DNA of 51,019 bases from Myxococcales bacterium (GTDB lineage Bacteria; Myxococcota_A; Polyangia; Haliangiales; Haliangiaceae): the NCBI GenBank assembly GCA_043775605.1, contig JAYVSF010000623.1, positions 1 through 51,019 on the forward strand, given 5' to 3'. This document shows, in pieces, positions 8,169 to 17,832 of this stretch (position 1 is its first letter; the number at the start of each line of letters is the position of its first letter). Position numbers and translations under genes: made by a program. The notes beneath the pieces are model-generated. The model saw only the letters and a list, made by a program, of their open reading frames with translations, was not told where the DNA came from and made no database searches.

Positions 8169-10883
8169 TCAGAAGCGGCCGTCGGCGATCCAGAGGTCGC
8201 CGGCGCGCGAGGTGAGCGAGGCGAGAATGGTGTCGCCGTCGAGGTCGTAGTCGACCGCGCCGACCGCCGAGTACTCGCTGCCGGCGAGTTGCCAGCGCGG
8301 CTCGAGCGCGCCGGTCGCGAGCGTGAGCTCGAGCAGGCGGCCGTCGCCGTCGACCAGCAGCAGGCGGCGGCCGTCGGGCGCGTAGCGGACGGTGCGCAGG
8401 GCGGCGCTGAGCGACGCGGCGGCGACGACGGGCTCGCGCTCGCCGCCGGTGAGCGCCATCCGCGACAGCGGCGAGCGGGGATCGGCGGGGACGATCAGCG
8501 CCACGGTGTCGTCGAGCGGCGAGACGTCGAAGGCGCGGACGTCGACGGCGCCGCCGGCGGGCTCGAGCGGCAACGCCGGGCCACCGCCGGCGTCGACCCG
8601 GTACAGGCCGAGGCCGACCGGGGTCTCGCGCAGGAACACGACCGCGTCGCCATCGCGGGTGAAGCGGGCCGCGCGATCGACATGGCCGGTGGTGAGGGTC
8701 CGCTCGGCGGCGAGCGCGTCGAGCGGCGCCGTGCGCAGGCCGAGCATGCTGTCCTGCTCGACGGTCGCGTACACGAGGGTCGTGCGATCGGGCGACAGGG
8801 CCGGGTTGCTCGACTCGGGCGGCACCAGCGGCGCGTCGTCGCCGGTCGTGCGGTCGAGCAGCCAGAGCTGGAGCAGGCCGCTACGAGTCGAGGTGTGGAC
8901 CAGGCGGGCGGCGTCGACGGCGAGCGGGCCGTTGTCGCGCCACGCGCCGTGACCGGTCAGCGCGATCGGCGCGCCGCCGCGAGCGATCACCGCGATCGTC
9001 GCCGACTCGGCGCAGCTCGAGAACGCGAGCCGGTGGCCGTCGGCCGCGACGTCGAAGCCGCCGGACGGCGGGGTGTCGGTGGCCACCGGGGTCGGCTCGG
9101 CGCCGTCGAGGGCCTGGACGAAGAGCTGATACTGGTTGGTGTTGCGGCGCTGCACGTAGTAGACGACGCCGCGGTCGGCGCGGTAGCGGACCCCGGCGGT
9201 CGACAGCACGCCGCGCCGGAGCTCGCGGGTGGTGCCGTCGGCCTTGACCTCGGCGACCACCGCCTCGGCCAGGGTCGCGTCGGGGCGGTGGATGACGAAG
9301 ATCCGGTGGTCGACCCCCACCGCGATCGCGCGCACGACGTGGCCGTCGGGGACGTGGCCGAGCACCCGCTCGGCGCCGTCGGCCAGCGCCCGCGCGACGA
9401 TGCGATCGCCGACGCCGACCACCAGGGTCTCGGCGTCGAGCCAGACCGGCCCGCTGGTCGACGGCCCGAGCGTGCGGGGCGCCGCCGCCGAATCGCGCAG
9501 GTCGTGGACGACGACCTGGGTCTTGTCGAGCGCGGCGAGGTAGTGGCCGTCGGGCGAGAACGCCGGCTCGGTGCCGGCCCCGAGCGCGCGTCCAGCCCCG
9601 CCGCTCGCCGCGCTGAGCATGAGCGTCGAGGCGCTGCCGCGGCGCTGCACGTACGCCACGCCGTCGCCGTCCGGGACGAACGCCGGCTGGGCCGCGCACC
9701 CGGCGAAGGTCACCCGGGTCGCGCGATCGATCGCGAACACGTCCGGCTTGCGCGCACCGCCGCCACGCCACGCGCCGCTGGCCATCACCGCGACCGCGGC
9801 GACGCCGACCAGCGCGAGGCCGGCGAGCCCGATCAACGCCAGCCGCCGACCGCGGTGCAGGCGACGCTCGATCGCGGCGGCGAGCGCGGTCATCGACGGC
9901 CAGCGCGCCGCCGGATCCTCGCGCAGCCCGCGCAGCACGATCGCGCGCAGCCAGCCCGGCACGTCGCCCTCGGGCTTGCCGGGCCGGACCGGGCCGGTGC
10001 GGATCGCCTGGCGCAAGGACATCAGATCGGTCGTGCGCGCGTCGTCGTCGAACGGCCGGTGCCCGTACAGGCCCTCGTACAGCGCGACGCAGAAGCTGAA
10101 CTGATCGGCCTTGGCGTCGACCACCGCGCCGTCGAGCTGCTCGGGCGCCATGTACGCCGGGGTGCCGAGCACCGTGCCCTCGGCGGTCACGTTGGTGGCG
10201 AGCGCGGTCGGGGCGACCCCGGGCGCGGGCCCGTCGACGTCGTGGGTGGCGCGGGCCAGCCCGAAGTCGGCGACCTGGACCTCGTCGCCGGCGCCGAGCA
10301 GGACGTTGTCGGGCTTGAAGTCGCGGTGGACCAGGCCGACGGCGTGGGCGGCGGCGAGCCCGCGGGCGGCGGCCAGGAAGCGGGTGACGATGTCGCGCCA
10401 CGGCCGGCGCGTGGCCCGCAGCCAGCCGCCGAGGGTCCCGCCCTCGAGCAGCGGCATGACCAGGAACACGTTGCCGTCGTGGACGCCGACGTCGAACACC
10501 GGCACCACCCCGGGATGGCGCAGCCGGGCCATCGCCTGGGCCTCGCGCAGCACCCGCGCGCCGCTCGGATCGTCGGCGACCGAGCGCACCAGCTTGATCG
10601 CCAGCGCCCGATCGAGCTCGCGATCGCGGGCCCGGTAGACCACGCCCATGCCGCCCTGACCGAGGACGCGGCCGAGCTCGTAGCGGCCCAGCCGGACCGT
10701 GGCGACCGCGCGCGCGCCGCTGTCGCCGCCGGGGATCGGCGGGGCACCGGCCGGGCTCGACGACGCGGCCGCCACCGGGCGCGACTCAGCGCCGGGCGTC
10801 AGCACGCGGGTGGTGTCGTAGGCCAGCGGCGCCGCCGGGCTCGCCGGGGTGGGCGCGTCATCCTTCTCGGAGCTGGCGCCCAT
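8169..10883 (-). CDS. Ser/Thr protein kinase with a TM segment and a C-terminal TolB-like (PD40/WD40-like) beta-propeller region
   Basis: ORF 8169..10910. Kinase motifs: [45 protein letters not shown] segment: [19 protein letters not shown]. Repeated FSPDGHYLA / [11 protein letters not shown] / [11 protein letters not shown] motifs. Start is ATG 10883 (MGASSEK) or GTG 10910. Confidence 0.85.
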   Translation of the reverse strand: MGASSEKDDAPTPASPAAPLAYDTTRVLTPGAESRPVAAASSSPAGAPPIPGGDSGARAVATVRLGRYELGRVLGQGGMGVVYRARDRELDRALAIKLVRSVADDPSGARVLREAQAMARLRHPGVVPVFDVGVHDGNVFLVMPLLEGGTLGGWLRATRRPWRDIVTRFLAAARGLAAAHAVGLVHRDFKPDNVLLGAGDEVQVADFGLARATHDVDGPAPGVAPTALATNVTAEGTVLGTPAYMAPEQLDGAVVDAKADQFSFCVALYEGLYGHRPFDDDARTTDLMSLRQAIRTGPVRPGKPEGDVPGWLRAIVLRGLREDPAARWPSMTALAAAIERRLHRGRRLALIGLAGLALVGVAAVAVMASGAWRGGGARKPDVFAIDRATRVTFAGCAAQPAFVPDGDGVAYVQRRGSASTLMLSAASGGAGRALGAGTEPAFSPDGHYLAALDKTQVVVHDLRDSAAAPRTLGPSTSGPVWLDAETLVVGVGDRIVARALADGAERVLGHVPDGHVVRAIAVGVDHRIFVIHRPDATLAEAVVAEVKADGTTRELRRGVLSTAGVRYRADRGVVYYVQRRNTNQYQLFVQALDGAEPTPVATDTPPSGGFDVAADGHRLAFSSCAESATIAVIARGGAPIALTGHGAWRDNGPLAVDAARLVHTSTRSGLLQLWLLDRTTGDDAPLVPPESSNPALSPDRTTLVYATVEQDSMLGLRTAPLDALAAERTLTTGHVDRAARFTRDGDAVVFLRETPVGLGLYRVDAGGGPALPLEPAGGAVDVRAFDVSPLDDTVALIVPADPRSPLSRMALTGGEREPVVAAASLSAALRTVRYAPDGRRLLLVDGDGRLLELTLATGALEPRWQLAGSEYSAVGAVDYDLDGDTILASLTSRAGDLWIADGRF

Positions 10884-10949
10884 GGGGTCGGCAGTATCGC
10901 CCGATCGCACGCCGATCGCACGCCGCCTGACCGGCTCCGTCGACGGCCG

Positions 10950-11399
10950 GTGGTCGCTCGCCGAGGCTCGCTACCGGCCGATGTCGACGATGGCGGGGGC
11001 GCTCCGACCTGCCTCCGCCACGCCCGGCTCGGTCCCGACCGCATCGAACTCTCGACCAAGGTCGCGTTCGAATACGACAGGCCCACGCTGCGCCCGGCCA
11101 GCTTCGCGGTGCTCGACGACGTCGCCGCGCTGCTGCTCGCCCACCCCGCCATCGTCGTCGAGAGCCAGGGCCACGGCCTCGACGAGGAATACCGCGACCT
11201 CCGGCTGTCGGACCGGCGCGCACGCACGGTCATGGACTTCCTGGTCACGCGTGGCGTGCCGGCGCGCCAGCTCGAGTCCCACGGCTACGGCGACACGGTG
11301 CCGCGGGTGCCGTGGACCGCGCAGGACACCCGGCTGCGCAACATCCGGATCGAGCTCCACCTCCGGTCACCACCGCCGGCCCCGCCCTCGCCGCCGTGA
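10950..11399 (+). CDS. OmpA C-terminal-like (peptidoglycan-binding) domain protein; start uncertain, possibly N-terminally truncated
   Basis: Only the last ~150 codons of ORF 8289..11399 look real: IELSTKVAFEYDRPTLRPASFAVLDDVAALLLAHPAIVVESQGHGLDEEYRDLRLSDRRARTVMDFLVTRGVPARQLESHGYGDTVP. There is no in-frame ATG; the nearest in-frame start is GTG 10950. No signal peptide is visible. The usual HTD motif is replaced by HGL. Confidence 0.5.
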   Translation: MVARRGSLPADVDDGGGAPTCLRHARLGPDRIELSTKVAFEYDRPTLRPASFAVLDDVAALLLAHPAIVVESQGHGLDEEYRDLRLSDRRARTVMDFLVTRGVPARQLESHGYGDTVPRVPWTAQDTRLRNIRIELHLRSPPPAPPSPP

Positions 11400-11459
11400 G
11401 TGCGCGCGGCCCCTGGCGCTGGCCATCGATCGCCCGTGCGAGTATTGTCGGCGCCCGCC

Positions 11460-12218
11460 ATGACCACCGACGGGCAACGACCGCGGCCCGCCTACAAGCG
11501 GGTCCTCCTCAAGATCTCCGGCGAGGCCCTCATGGGGGCCCAGGGCTACGGCATCAGCCCCGAGGTGCTCCAGCTGGTCGCGGCCGAGGTCGCCGACACC
11601 GCCCGGCTCGGCGTCGAGCTCGCGGTCGTGGTCGGCGGCGGCAACATCTTCCGCGGCCTGTCGGAGTCGTCGAAGGGTATGGACCGGGCCTCGGCCGACT
11701 ACGTCGGCATGCTGGCCACGGTGATGAACGCGGTGTCGCTGCAGGACGCGATCGAGCACCAGGGCGTGGTCACCCGGGTCCAGTCGGCGATCCCGATGTC
11801 GCAGCTCGCCGAGCCCTACATCCGCCGCCGCGCCATCCGCCACCTCGAGAAGGGCCGGGTCGTCATCTTCGGCGCCGGCACCGGCAACCCGTTCTTCACC
11901 ACCGACACCGCGGCCGCGCTGCGGGCGATGGAGATCGGCGCCGACGTCCTGCTCAAGGCCACCCGCGTCGACGGCGTCTACGACCGCGACCCGCGCAAGC
12001 ACCCCGACGCCCGCCGCTACGAGCAGGTCACGTTCACCGACGCGCTCAAGCAGGATCTCGGGGTGATGGACGCGACCGCGTTCGCGCTGTGCCGCGACAA
12101 CGAGCTGCCGATCATCGTCTTCGACATGACCCAGCGCGGCAACATCCAGCGGGTGGTGTGCGGCGAGGCCGTGGGCACCAAGATCGTCAAGGACAACCTG
12201 GAGTCCCGGTTCTCGTGA
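11460..12218 (+). CDS. pyrH: UMP kinase
   Basis: ORF 11400..12218; ATG 11460 gives [24 protein letters not shown]...[11 protein letters not shown]...[13 protein letters not shown]...[22 protein letters not shown]...[12 protein letters not shown]. Followed directly by frr, the conserved pyrH-frr arrangement. Confidence 0.95.
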   Translation: MTTDGQRPRPAYKRVLLKISGEALMGAQGYGISPEVLQLVAAEVADTARLGVELAVVVGGGNIFRGLSESSKGMDRASADYVGMLATVMNAVSLQDAIEHQGVVTRVQSAIPMSQLAEPYIRRRAIRHLEKGRVVIFGAGTGNPFFTTDTAAALRAMEIGADVLLKATRVDGVYDRDPRKHPDARRYEQVTFTDALKQDLGVMDATAFALCRDNELPIIVFDMTQRGNIQRVVCGEAVGTKIVKDNLESRFS

Positions 12219-12242
12219 ACCGGCGGCGTGAAGAGGACCGAC

Positions 12243-12809
12243 ATGTCTGACATGCTCAACGACATCACCACCGACGCTGACGACGGCATGAAGAAGGCCG
12301 TCGAGGCCTTCAAGCGCGACCTGGTCAAGGTCCGCACCGGCCGCGCCACCACCGCGATGCTCGACGGTGTGCGGGTCGACTACTACGGCACGCCGACCCC
12401 GGTGAACCAGGTCGCCAGCGTCACGGTGGTCGACGCCCGCCTCATCACGATCAAGCCGTGGGAGAAGACGATGATCCCGATCATCGACAAGGCGATCCGG
12501 GCCAGCGACCTCGGGCTCAACCCGGTGTCCGACACCGACCTCGTCCGCCTGCCCATCCCGCCGCTCACCGCCGAGCGCCGCCGCGACCTGGTCAAGAGCA
12601 TCAAGAAGATGACCGAGGAGTCCAAGGTCGCCGTCCGCGCCGCCCGCCGCGACGCGATGGAGATGATCAAGGACGCCGAGAAAGACAAGGAGATCACCGA
12701 GGACGAGCGCAAGCTCGGCGAGAAGAAGGTCCAGGACCTGACCGATCGCTTCGTCGCCTCGATCGACGCGCTCGAGCAGGCCAAGGAGAAGGAGATCATG
12801 GAGATTTGA
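12243..12809 (+). CDS. frr: Ribosome recycling factor
   Basis: ORF 12228..12809; ATG 12243 is preceded by GAAGAGGA. MSDMLNDITTDADDGMKKAVEAFKRDLVKVRTGRATTAMLDGVRVDYYGTPTPVNQVASV...LGLNP...IPPLTAERRRDLVK. Confidence 0.95.
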   Translation: MSDMLNDITTDADDGMKKAVEAFKRDLVKVRTGRATTAMLDGVRVDYYGTPTPVNQVASVTVVDARLITIKPWEKTMIPIIDKAIRASDLGLNPVSDTDLVRLPIPPLTAERRRDLVKSIKKMTEESKVAVRAARRDAMEMIKDAEKDKEITEDERKLGEKKVQDLTDRFVASIDALEQAKEKEIMEI

Positions 12810-12909
12810 CCGCTGGGGCGCGGACGCCGGGGCGGATGGGGTGCGGTCGGGGCAACGGCGCGAGGCGCAGGGGGGCGAGCGCGATGGAACCGGGGTATAG
12901 TCCCCGCTG

Positions 12910-15054
12910 ATGTCTGCGCCGCCGCCGAACGCGGGCGCCCTGGTCGGCACCCGACTGGGCGACTACGAGCTGGTCGCGCTGCTAGCGCTGGGCGGAACCG
13001 CGGAGATCTACCTGGCCCGGGTCGACGGCCACGCCGGGTTCGAGAAGTACGTGGTGGTCAAGTGCCTGCACGACCACCTGGCCTTCGATCCCGAGTTCGT
13101 CCAGATGTTCCTCGACGAGGCGCGGCTGGGCGCGCAGCTCGATCACTCGAACATCGTCCAGACCCTCGGGCTCGGCGAGCAGGACGGCCGCTACTACCTG
13201 GTGATGGAGTACGTGGCCGGCATGTCGGTGGCGCTGATGGCCCGCCGCTCGGCCGAGCGGGTGTCTGGCTCGAAGATCCCGGCGAGCCTGGTGCTGGGCA
13301 TGGCCATCCAGGCCGCGGGCGGGCTGCACTACGCCCACGAGCGCAGGGCCGGGGCCGGCTCGCTCAACCTGGTCCACCGCGACATCAGCCCGCAGAACCT
13401 GGTGGTCACGTTCGAGGGCGTGGTGAAGATCGTCGACTTCGGCATCGCCAAGGCCGAGCAGCGCTCGACGGCGACCCGGGCCGGGACCATCAAGGGCAAG
13501 TTCGCCTACATGTCGCCCGAGCAGTGCGTGGCCAAGAACGTCGACCGCCGCACCGACGTGTTCGCGCTCGGCGTGGTGGTCCACGAGCTGCTCACTGGCC
13601 GCCGGCTGTTCAAGCGGGGCTCGTCGTACGACACCTACCAGGCGATCCTCGAATGCAAGGTGCCGCCGCCGTCGGCGGTCAACCACGAGCTCGATCCCGC
13701 GCTCGACGCGGTGATCATGCACGCGCTGGCCAAGGATTCCAACCGGCGCTACCAGACCGCCGAGGCGTTCGGCGAGGCGGTGTCGGCGTACATGCACCGC
13801 GGCGGCAAGCACTGCGGCGCCGGTGACATCTCGACGTTCATCGAGCAGTTCTTCCTGCCCGAGATCGCCGACCACGGCGACCGCATGCGCGAGCTGCTCG
13901 AGGGCCGGCCCGGCGGCGCCAACGGCTGGGACGACGCCGACGACGACGCCGAGGAGCTGTCGGGCCAGGACGTGATCGAGGACGAGGCGCAGGAGCCCGA
14001 CGACGACGACGCGGGCGGCGACTTCCCGGTCGGGGCCTCGGGCTTCGAGGACGGCGGCAGCGGCGACGACGACAGCGGCGCGCCGTCGGCGGACTCGACC
14101 CGGATCGAGATGAACCCGCTCGATCGGCTGGCCGAGCTCAACGAGGAGGTCCGGCGCAGCGGCGCGTTCCCGGTCCAGCAGATGCCGACCATCGCCGCCC
14201 CGAGCCAGAGCCTGGCGGCGATCGATCGGGGGCCACCCATGCCCGCGCGGACCCCGGGGCCACCGGCCGGGGCCGTGCCCGCCCCGGTTCCGGTCGCGCG
14301 CAACCCGGGCCCGCCGGTCGCGGTGTTCGCCGCCGCCAAGCCCGGCGGCAGCATGTTCGGCGGTGCAGCCAGGCCCGGCGCCAGCATCTTCGGTGGCGCT
14401 GCCGGCGCGGCGGCCGGGGCCCGACCGGCGAGCGCCAGCAACGCGGGCGCCGAGCCGCTGAAGATCGCGTCGCTGTTCGGCGGCAACACCCCGGCCTCGA
14501 AGCCGCGACGCGACGTCGTGCCCGCGCCGGTGCCGCGTCCTCTGGTGCCCGCGCCGGTCGACGCGGCCGGGCCCTTCGTCGCGCGCGCACCGACCCAGCC
14601 GTCGGTGCGCGGCGGCGGGTTCGGGCCGTCGGTGGTGCCGACCGTGATCGCCGAGCCCGAGCCGACCCCGGCCTCGCGCGGTGCGAAGGCGGCGCCCGGC
14701 GAGGCGACCATGTCGATCGACCTCGCCGACGTCATCGCCGACCTGCCCAACCTCGGCGCGCGCGCGGCCATGGAGCCGGCCAGCCCGCCACCGCCCGCGG
14801 GCATGGGCGCCCTGGCCTACGGCACGCCGCCCGGCACGCCCTCGACCGACGGGATGCCGTACCTGGACATGGACCAGACCCACCTGCCGGCCCACCTCAT
14901 CGGCCTGCCGCCGTCGGACTCGTACCCGGCCTGGGACGGGACCTACCCGACGCCCCGCCGGCCGGCCCGGACCTGGCTCTTGCCGCTGCTGTTCGTGATC
15001 GCGATCGGCCTGGCGACGGGCCTGACGATCGCCATCGCGCGCGCCGTGAGCTGA
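12910..15054 (+). CDS. Ser/Thr protein kinase with an acidic then Pro/Ala-rich linker and a C-terminal TM anchor
   Basis: ORF 12910..15054 (ATG). Motifs: LGGTAEIYLA, VVVKCL, HRDISPQNLVV, DFGIAK, GKFAYMSPEQ. C-terminal TM segment: WLLPLLFVIAIGLATGLTIAIA. Confidence 0.9.
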   Translation: MSAPPPNAGALVGTRLGDYELVALLALGGTAEIYLARVDGHAGFEKYVVVKCLHDHLAFDPEFVQMFLDEARLGAQLDHSNIVQTLGLGEQDGRYYLVMEYVAGMSVALMARRSAERVSGSKIPASLVLGMAIQAAGGLHYAHERRAGAGSLNLVHRDISPQNLVVTFEGVVKIVDFGIAKAEQRSTATRAGTIKGKFAYMSPEQCVAKNVDRRTDVFALGVVVHELLTGRRLFKRGSSYDTYQAILECKVPPPSAVNHELDPALDAVIMHALAKDSNRRYQTAEAFGEAVSAYMHRGGKHCGAGDISTFIEQFFLPEIADHGDRMRELLEGRPGGANGWDDADDDAEELSGQDVIEDEAQEPDDDDAGGDFPVGASGFEDGGSGDDDSGAPSADSTRIEMNPLDRLAELNEEVRRSGAFPVQQMPTIAAPSQSLAAIDRGPPMPARTPGPPAGAVPAPVPVARNPGPPVAVFAAAKPGGSMFGGAARPGASIFGGAAGAAAGARPASASNAGAEPLKIASLFGGNTPASKPRRDVVPAPVPRPLVPAPVDAAGPFVARAPTQPSVRGGGFGPSVVPTVIAEPEPTPASRGAKAAPGEATMSIDLADVIADLPNLGARAAMEPASPPPPAGMGALAYGTPPGTPSTDGMPYLDMDQTHLPAHLIGLPPSDSYPAWDGTYPTPRRPARTWLLPLLFVIAIGLATGLTIAIARAVS

Positions 15055-15090
15055 CGCAAGCCAGCGAGGCGCTGGTGTATCGTGCGCGCC

Positions 15091-16947
15091 ATGGCTCGCA
15101 TCCGCACCACGCTGCCCGTTGCTCTGCTCGTGGCCCTCGCCGGCTGCCCGGCCGCCAAGAAGGCGCCGCCGCCGCCGGTCGACGTCCTCGACACCACGCC
15201 GAAGCCGACGCCGCCGCCGACCGTCGACGAGGCCCGCGCGTTCATGGCCGAGGTCGACGCCGGCCTGCGCGACGCCTGGACCACCCGCGACCTCGCCGAC
15301 TGGAACCGCTCGATCAACATCACCGACGAGACCGAGGCCGAGGCCGCGCGCACCGCCGAACTCGCGATGGGCTACCTCACCAAGCAGATCGCCGCCTCGC
15401 GCCGCTTCGATCCGGTCCTGGGCGAGCTCGACGAGGCCACCCGCCGGCAGTTCCTGCTGCTGCGCATCGGCGGCCAGACCGCGCCCGCCGATCCCGCGCA
15501 CGCTGCCGAGCTGACCAAGGTCACGACCGCGATGGACAGCGCCTACGGCAAGGGCAAGGTCTGCGTCGGCGAGAAGTGTCAGGACCTCGGCCAGCTCACC
15601 GACGTCATGGCCAAGAGCCGCGACCCCAAGGTCCTGCTCGCCGCCTGGCAGGGCTGGCACGAGGCGGTCGGCCGCGAGATCAAGCCGCTGTACGAGCGCT
15701 TCGTCACCCTCGCCAACGAGGGCGTGCGGGTCGCCGGCTTCGACAACGTCGGCCAGCTCTGGCTGTCGCAGTACGACCTGCCGCCGGCGGCGGTCGTCGC
15801 CGAGGCCGACCGGCTGTGGGATCAAGTCCAGCCGCTCTACCAGGACCTCCACTGCTACGTCCGCCGCCAGCTTTCGAAGAAGTACGGCAAGACGGTGGTG
15901 CCGCCGACCGGGCCGATGCCGGCGCACATGCTCGGCAACATGTGGGCGCAGTCGTGGGCCAACATCTACGACCTGGTCGAGCCGTACAAGGGCATGCCCT
16001 CCCCCGACGTCAGCAGCGAGCTGGTGGCCCAGGGCTTCGACGCCAGCCGGATGACCAAGCTCGCCGAGTCGTTCTTCGTCTCGCTCGGCCTGCAGCCCCT
16101 GCCCGACACGTTCTGGGACCGGTCGATGCTGGTCCAGCCCGAGGGCCGGCAGGCGGTGTGTCACGCCTCGGCGTGGGATCCGACCTACTCCGGCGATGTC
16201 CGGATCAAGATGTGCACCAAGGTCAACCAGGAGGACCTGATCACCCTCCACCACGAGCTCGGCCACGACTACTACTTCCTCGCCTATCACGAGCTGCCGA
16301 TCCTGTTCCAGCAGGGCGCCAACGACGGCTTCCACGAGGCGATCGGCGACACCGTCGCGCTGTCGGTGACGCCGGGCTACTTCAAGAAGGTCGGCCTGCT
16401 GAAGAAGGTCGTGGTCAATCCCAAGGCGGTCATCGATCAGCAGATGTATATCGCCCTCGAGAAGGTGGCGTTCCTGCCGTTCGGCCTGCTGGTCGACAAG
16501 TGGCGGTGGGAGGCGTTCTCGGGCGTGATCGCGCCGGCGCAGTTCAACGATCGCTGGTGGCAGCTGCGCACCAAGTACCAGGGCGTGATGTCGGCGGTGC
16601 CGCGCGGCGCCGAGGACTTCGATCCCGGCGCGAAGTACCACGTGCCCAGCAACACGCCGTACCTGCGCTACTTCCTCGCCACGATCCTGCAGTTCCAGTT
16701 CCACCGCGCGCTGTGCCACACCGCCGGCTGGACGGGCCCGCTCAACGAGTGCTCGATCCACGGCAACGCCGCTGCGGGCGCGGCGCTGTGGTCGATGCTG
16801 CAGCTCGGCTCGAGCAAGCCGTGGCCCGACGCGCTCGAGGCGGTGACCGGCTCACGGACCATGGACGCCTCCGCGCTGATCGAGTACTTCGCCCCGCTCC
16901 ACGCCTGGCTCAAGACCCAGAACAAGGGTCAGGAGTGCGGCTGGTAA
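15091..16947 (+). CDS. Peptidase family M2 (angiotensin-converting-enzyme-like peptidyl-dipeptidase) lipoprotein
   Basis: ORF 15082..16947; ATG 15091 gives MARIRTTLPVALLVALAGC (lipobox). Zinc motif: HHELGHDYYF with a downstream FHEAIGD. Overall length (~620 aa) fits M2. Confidence 0.85.
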   Translation: MARIRTTLPVALLVALAGCPAAKKAPPPPVDVLDTTPKPTPPPTVDEARAFMAEVDAGLRDAWTTRDLADWNRSINITDETEAEAARTAELAMGYLTKQIAASRRFDPVLGELDEATRRQFLLLRIGGQTAPADPAHAAELTKVTTAMDSAYGKGKVCVGEKCQDLGQLTDVMAKSRDPKVLLAAWQGWHEAVGREIKPLYERFVTLANEGVRVAGFDNVGQLWLSQYDLPPAAVVAEADRLWDQVQPLYQDLHCYVRRQLSKKYGKTVVPPTGPMPAHMLGNMWAQSWANIYDLVEPYKGMPSPDVSSELVAQGFDASRMTKLAESFFVSLGLQPLPDTFWDRSMLVQPEGRQAVCHASAWDPTYSGDVRIKMCTKVNQEDLITLHHELGHDYYFLAYHELPILFQQGANDGFHEAIGDTVALSVTPGYFKKVGLLKKVVVNPKAVIDQQMYIALEKVAFLPFGLLVDKWRWEAFSGVIAPAQFNDRWWQLRTKYQGVMSAVPRGAEDFDPGAKYHVPSNTPYLRYFLATILQFQFHRALCHTAGWTGPLNECSIHGNAAAGAALWSMLQLGSSKPWPDALEAVTGSRTMDASALIEYFAPLHAWLKTQNKGQECGW

Positions 16948-16951
16948 GACG

Positions 16952-17683
16952 TCAGCTCGCGGTGAAGCGGGCCTGCAGCTCGGGCGTGACGTCGATTTCG
17001 AGATCGACGGCGTCGTGGTGCCGGCGGAGGTGGAAGCGGCCGGCGTCGAGGATGTCGGACTCGCCGGTCGGATCGGGCTTGGAGATGCCGGCGGTGGCGC
17101 AGACCTCGCGGGCCAGGCGGGCGAACAGCTCGCGGCTGTGCTGGGGTGAGTGGGCCGGCACCCGGCGACGGATCCGACCCGCGGCCACCGCGCTCTTGCC
17201 GTCGGCCGAGCCCAGCAGCAGCAGGTCGGCGAGGCCGATGGTCCCGCTCTCGCGCGCCGGCTCGGTCACCGGCATGCGGGTCGAGATGTCGATCCACGTG
17301 ACGTTGTGCGCGGTCAGCCAGTCCATCGCCTTGGCCCGATCGAGGCCGAGCTGGAACCCGAGCCACGCGTCGGCGACGCCGTGCTGGTAGATCAGGTTCT
17401 TGAACCGACGGAACGCGCCGTTGCCGTCGAGAGCGACCGCGAGCAAGCCGGCCAGATCGCGATCGACGCTGGCGGCGAACTGCTGCATCCGGTTGTACCG
17501 GTACGCGCCGTCGAACGGCGGGATCGACAGCAGCAGCTCGGCGTCGTTCGCCGCCGTCGACGCGTCGGGGTGGACGATCTCGCCGTTGCGCAGGTCGAGG
17601 TACGAGGCGAGGCCGTCGGGGACCGCGAAGTCCATGGTCTCGGCGAGGTCGGTGATGTCCACCTGCAGCGTCCACGTCGGCAT
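16952..17683 (-). CDS. UPF0158-like family protein with a C-terminal extension
   Basis: ORF 16952..17683: MPTWTLQVDITDLAETMDFAVPDGLASYLDLRNGEIV...GNGAFRRFKNLIYQHGVADAWLGFQ. The GAFRRFK...W..F motif is characteristic of UPF0158, from memory. Confidence 0.6.
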   Translation of the reverse strand: MPTWTLQVDITDLAETMDFAVPDGLASYLDLRNGEIVHPDASTAANDAELLLSIPPFDGAYRYNRMQQFAASVDRDLAGLLAVALDGNGAFRRFKNLIYQHGVADAWLGFQLGLDRAKAMDWLTAHNVTWIDISTRMPVTEPARESGTIGLADLLLLGSADGKSAVAAGRIRRRVPAHSPQHSRELFARLAREVCATAGISKPDPTGESDILDAGRFHLRRHHDAVDLEIDVTPELQARFTAS

Positions 17684-17752
17684 GAACTCACCGTAGCGCT
17701 TTCAACCCGCGGCCACAGGCGCGATATCGAAGCGCGGGCGGAGCGTGCGCGC

Positions 17753-17782
17753 TCACAGGGTTGGCCAGGACCAACCCTGTGA
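17753..17782. promoter_or_regulatory. Perfect 12-bp inverted repeat TCACAGGGTTGG-ccagga-CCAACCCTGTGA in a divergent intergenic region
   Basis: Arms at 17753-17764 and 17771-17782 are exact reverse complements. It lies between the starts at 17683 (-) and 17833 (+). Confidence 0.4.
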
Positions 17783-17832
17783 CCGCGCGCCTCGCCCTGT
17801 TCGATCGGCGGGGTTGGGGTAGCGTACGGCCC

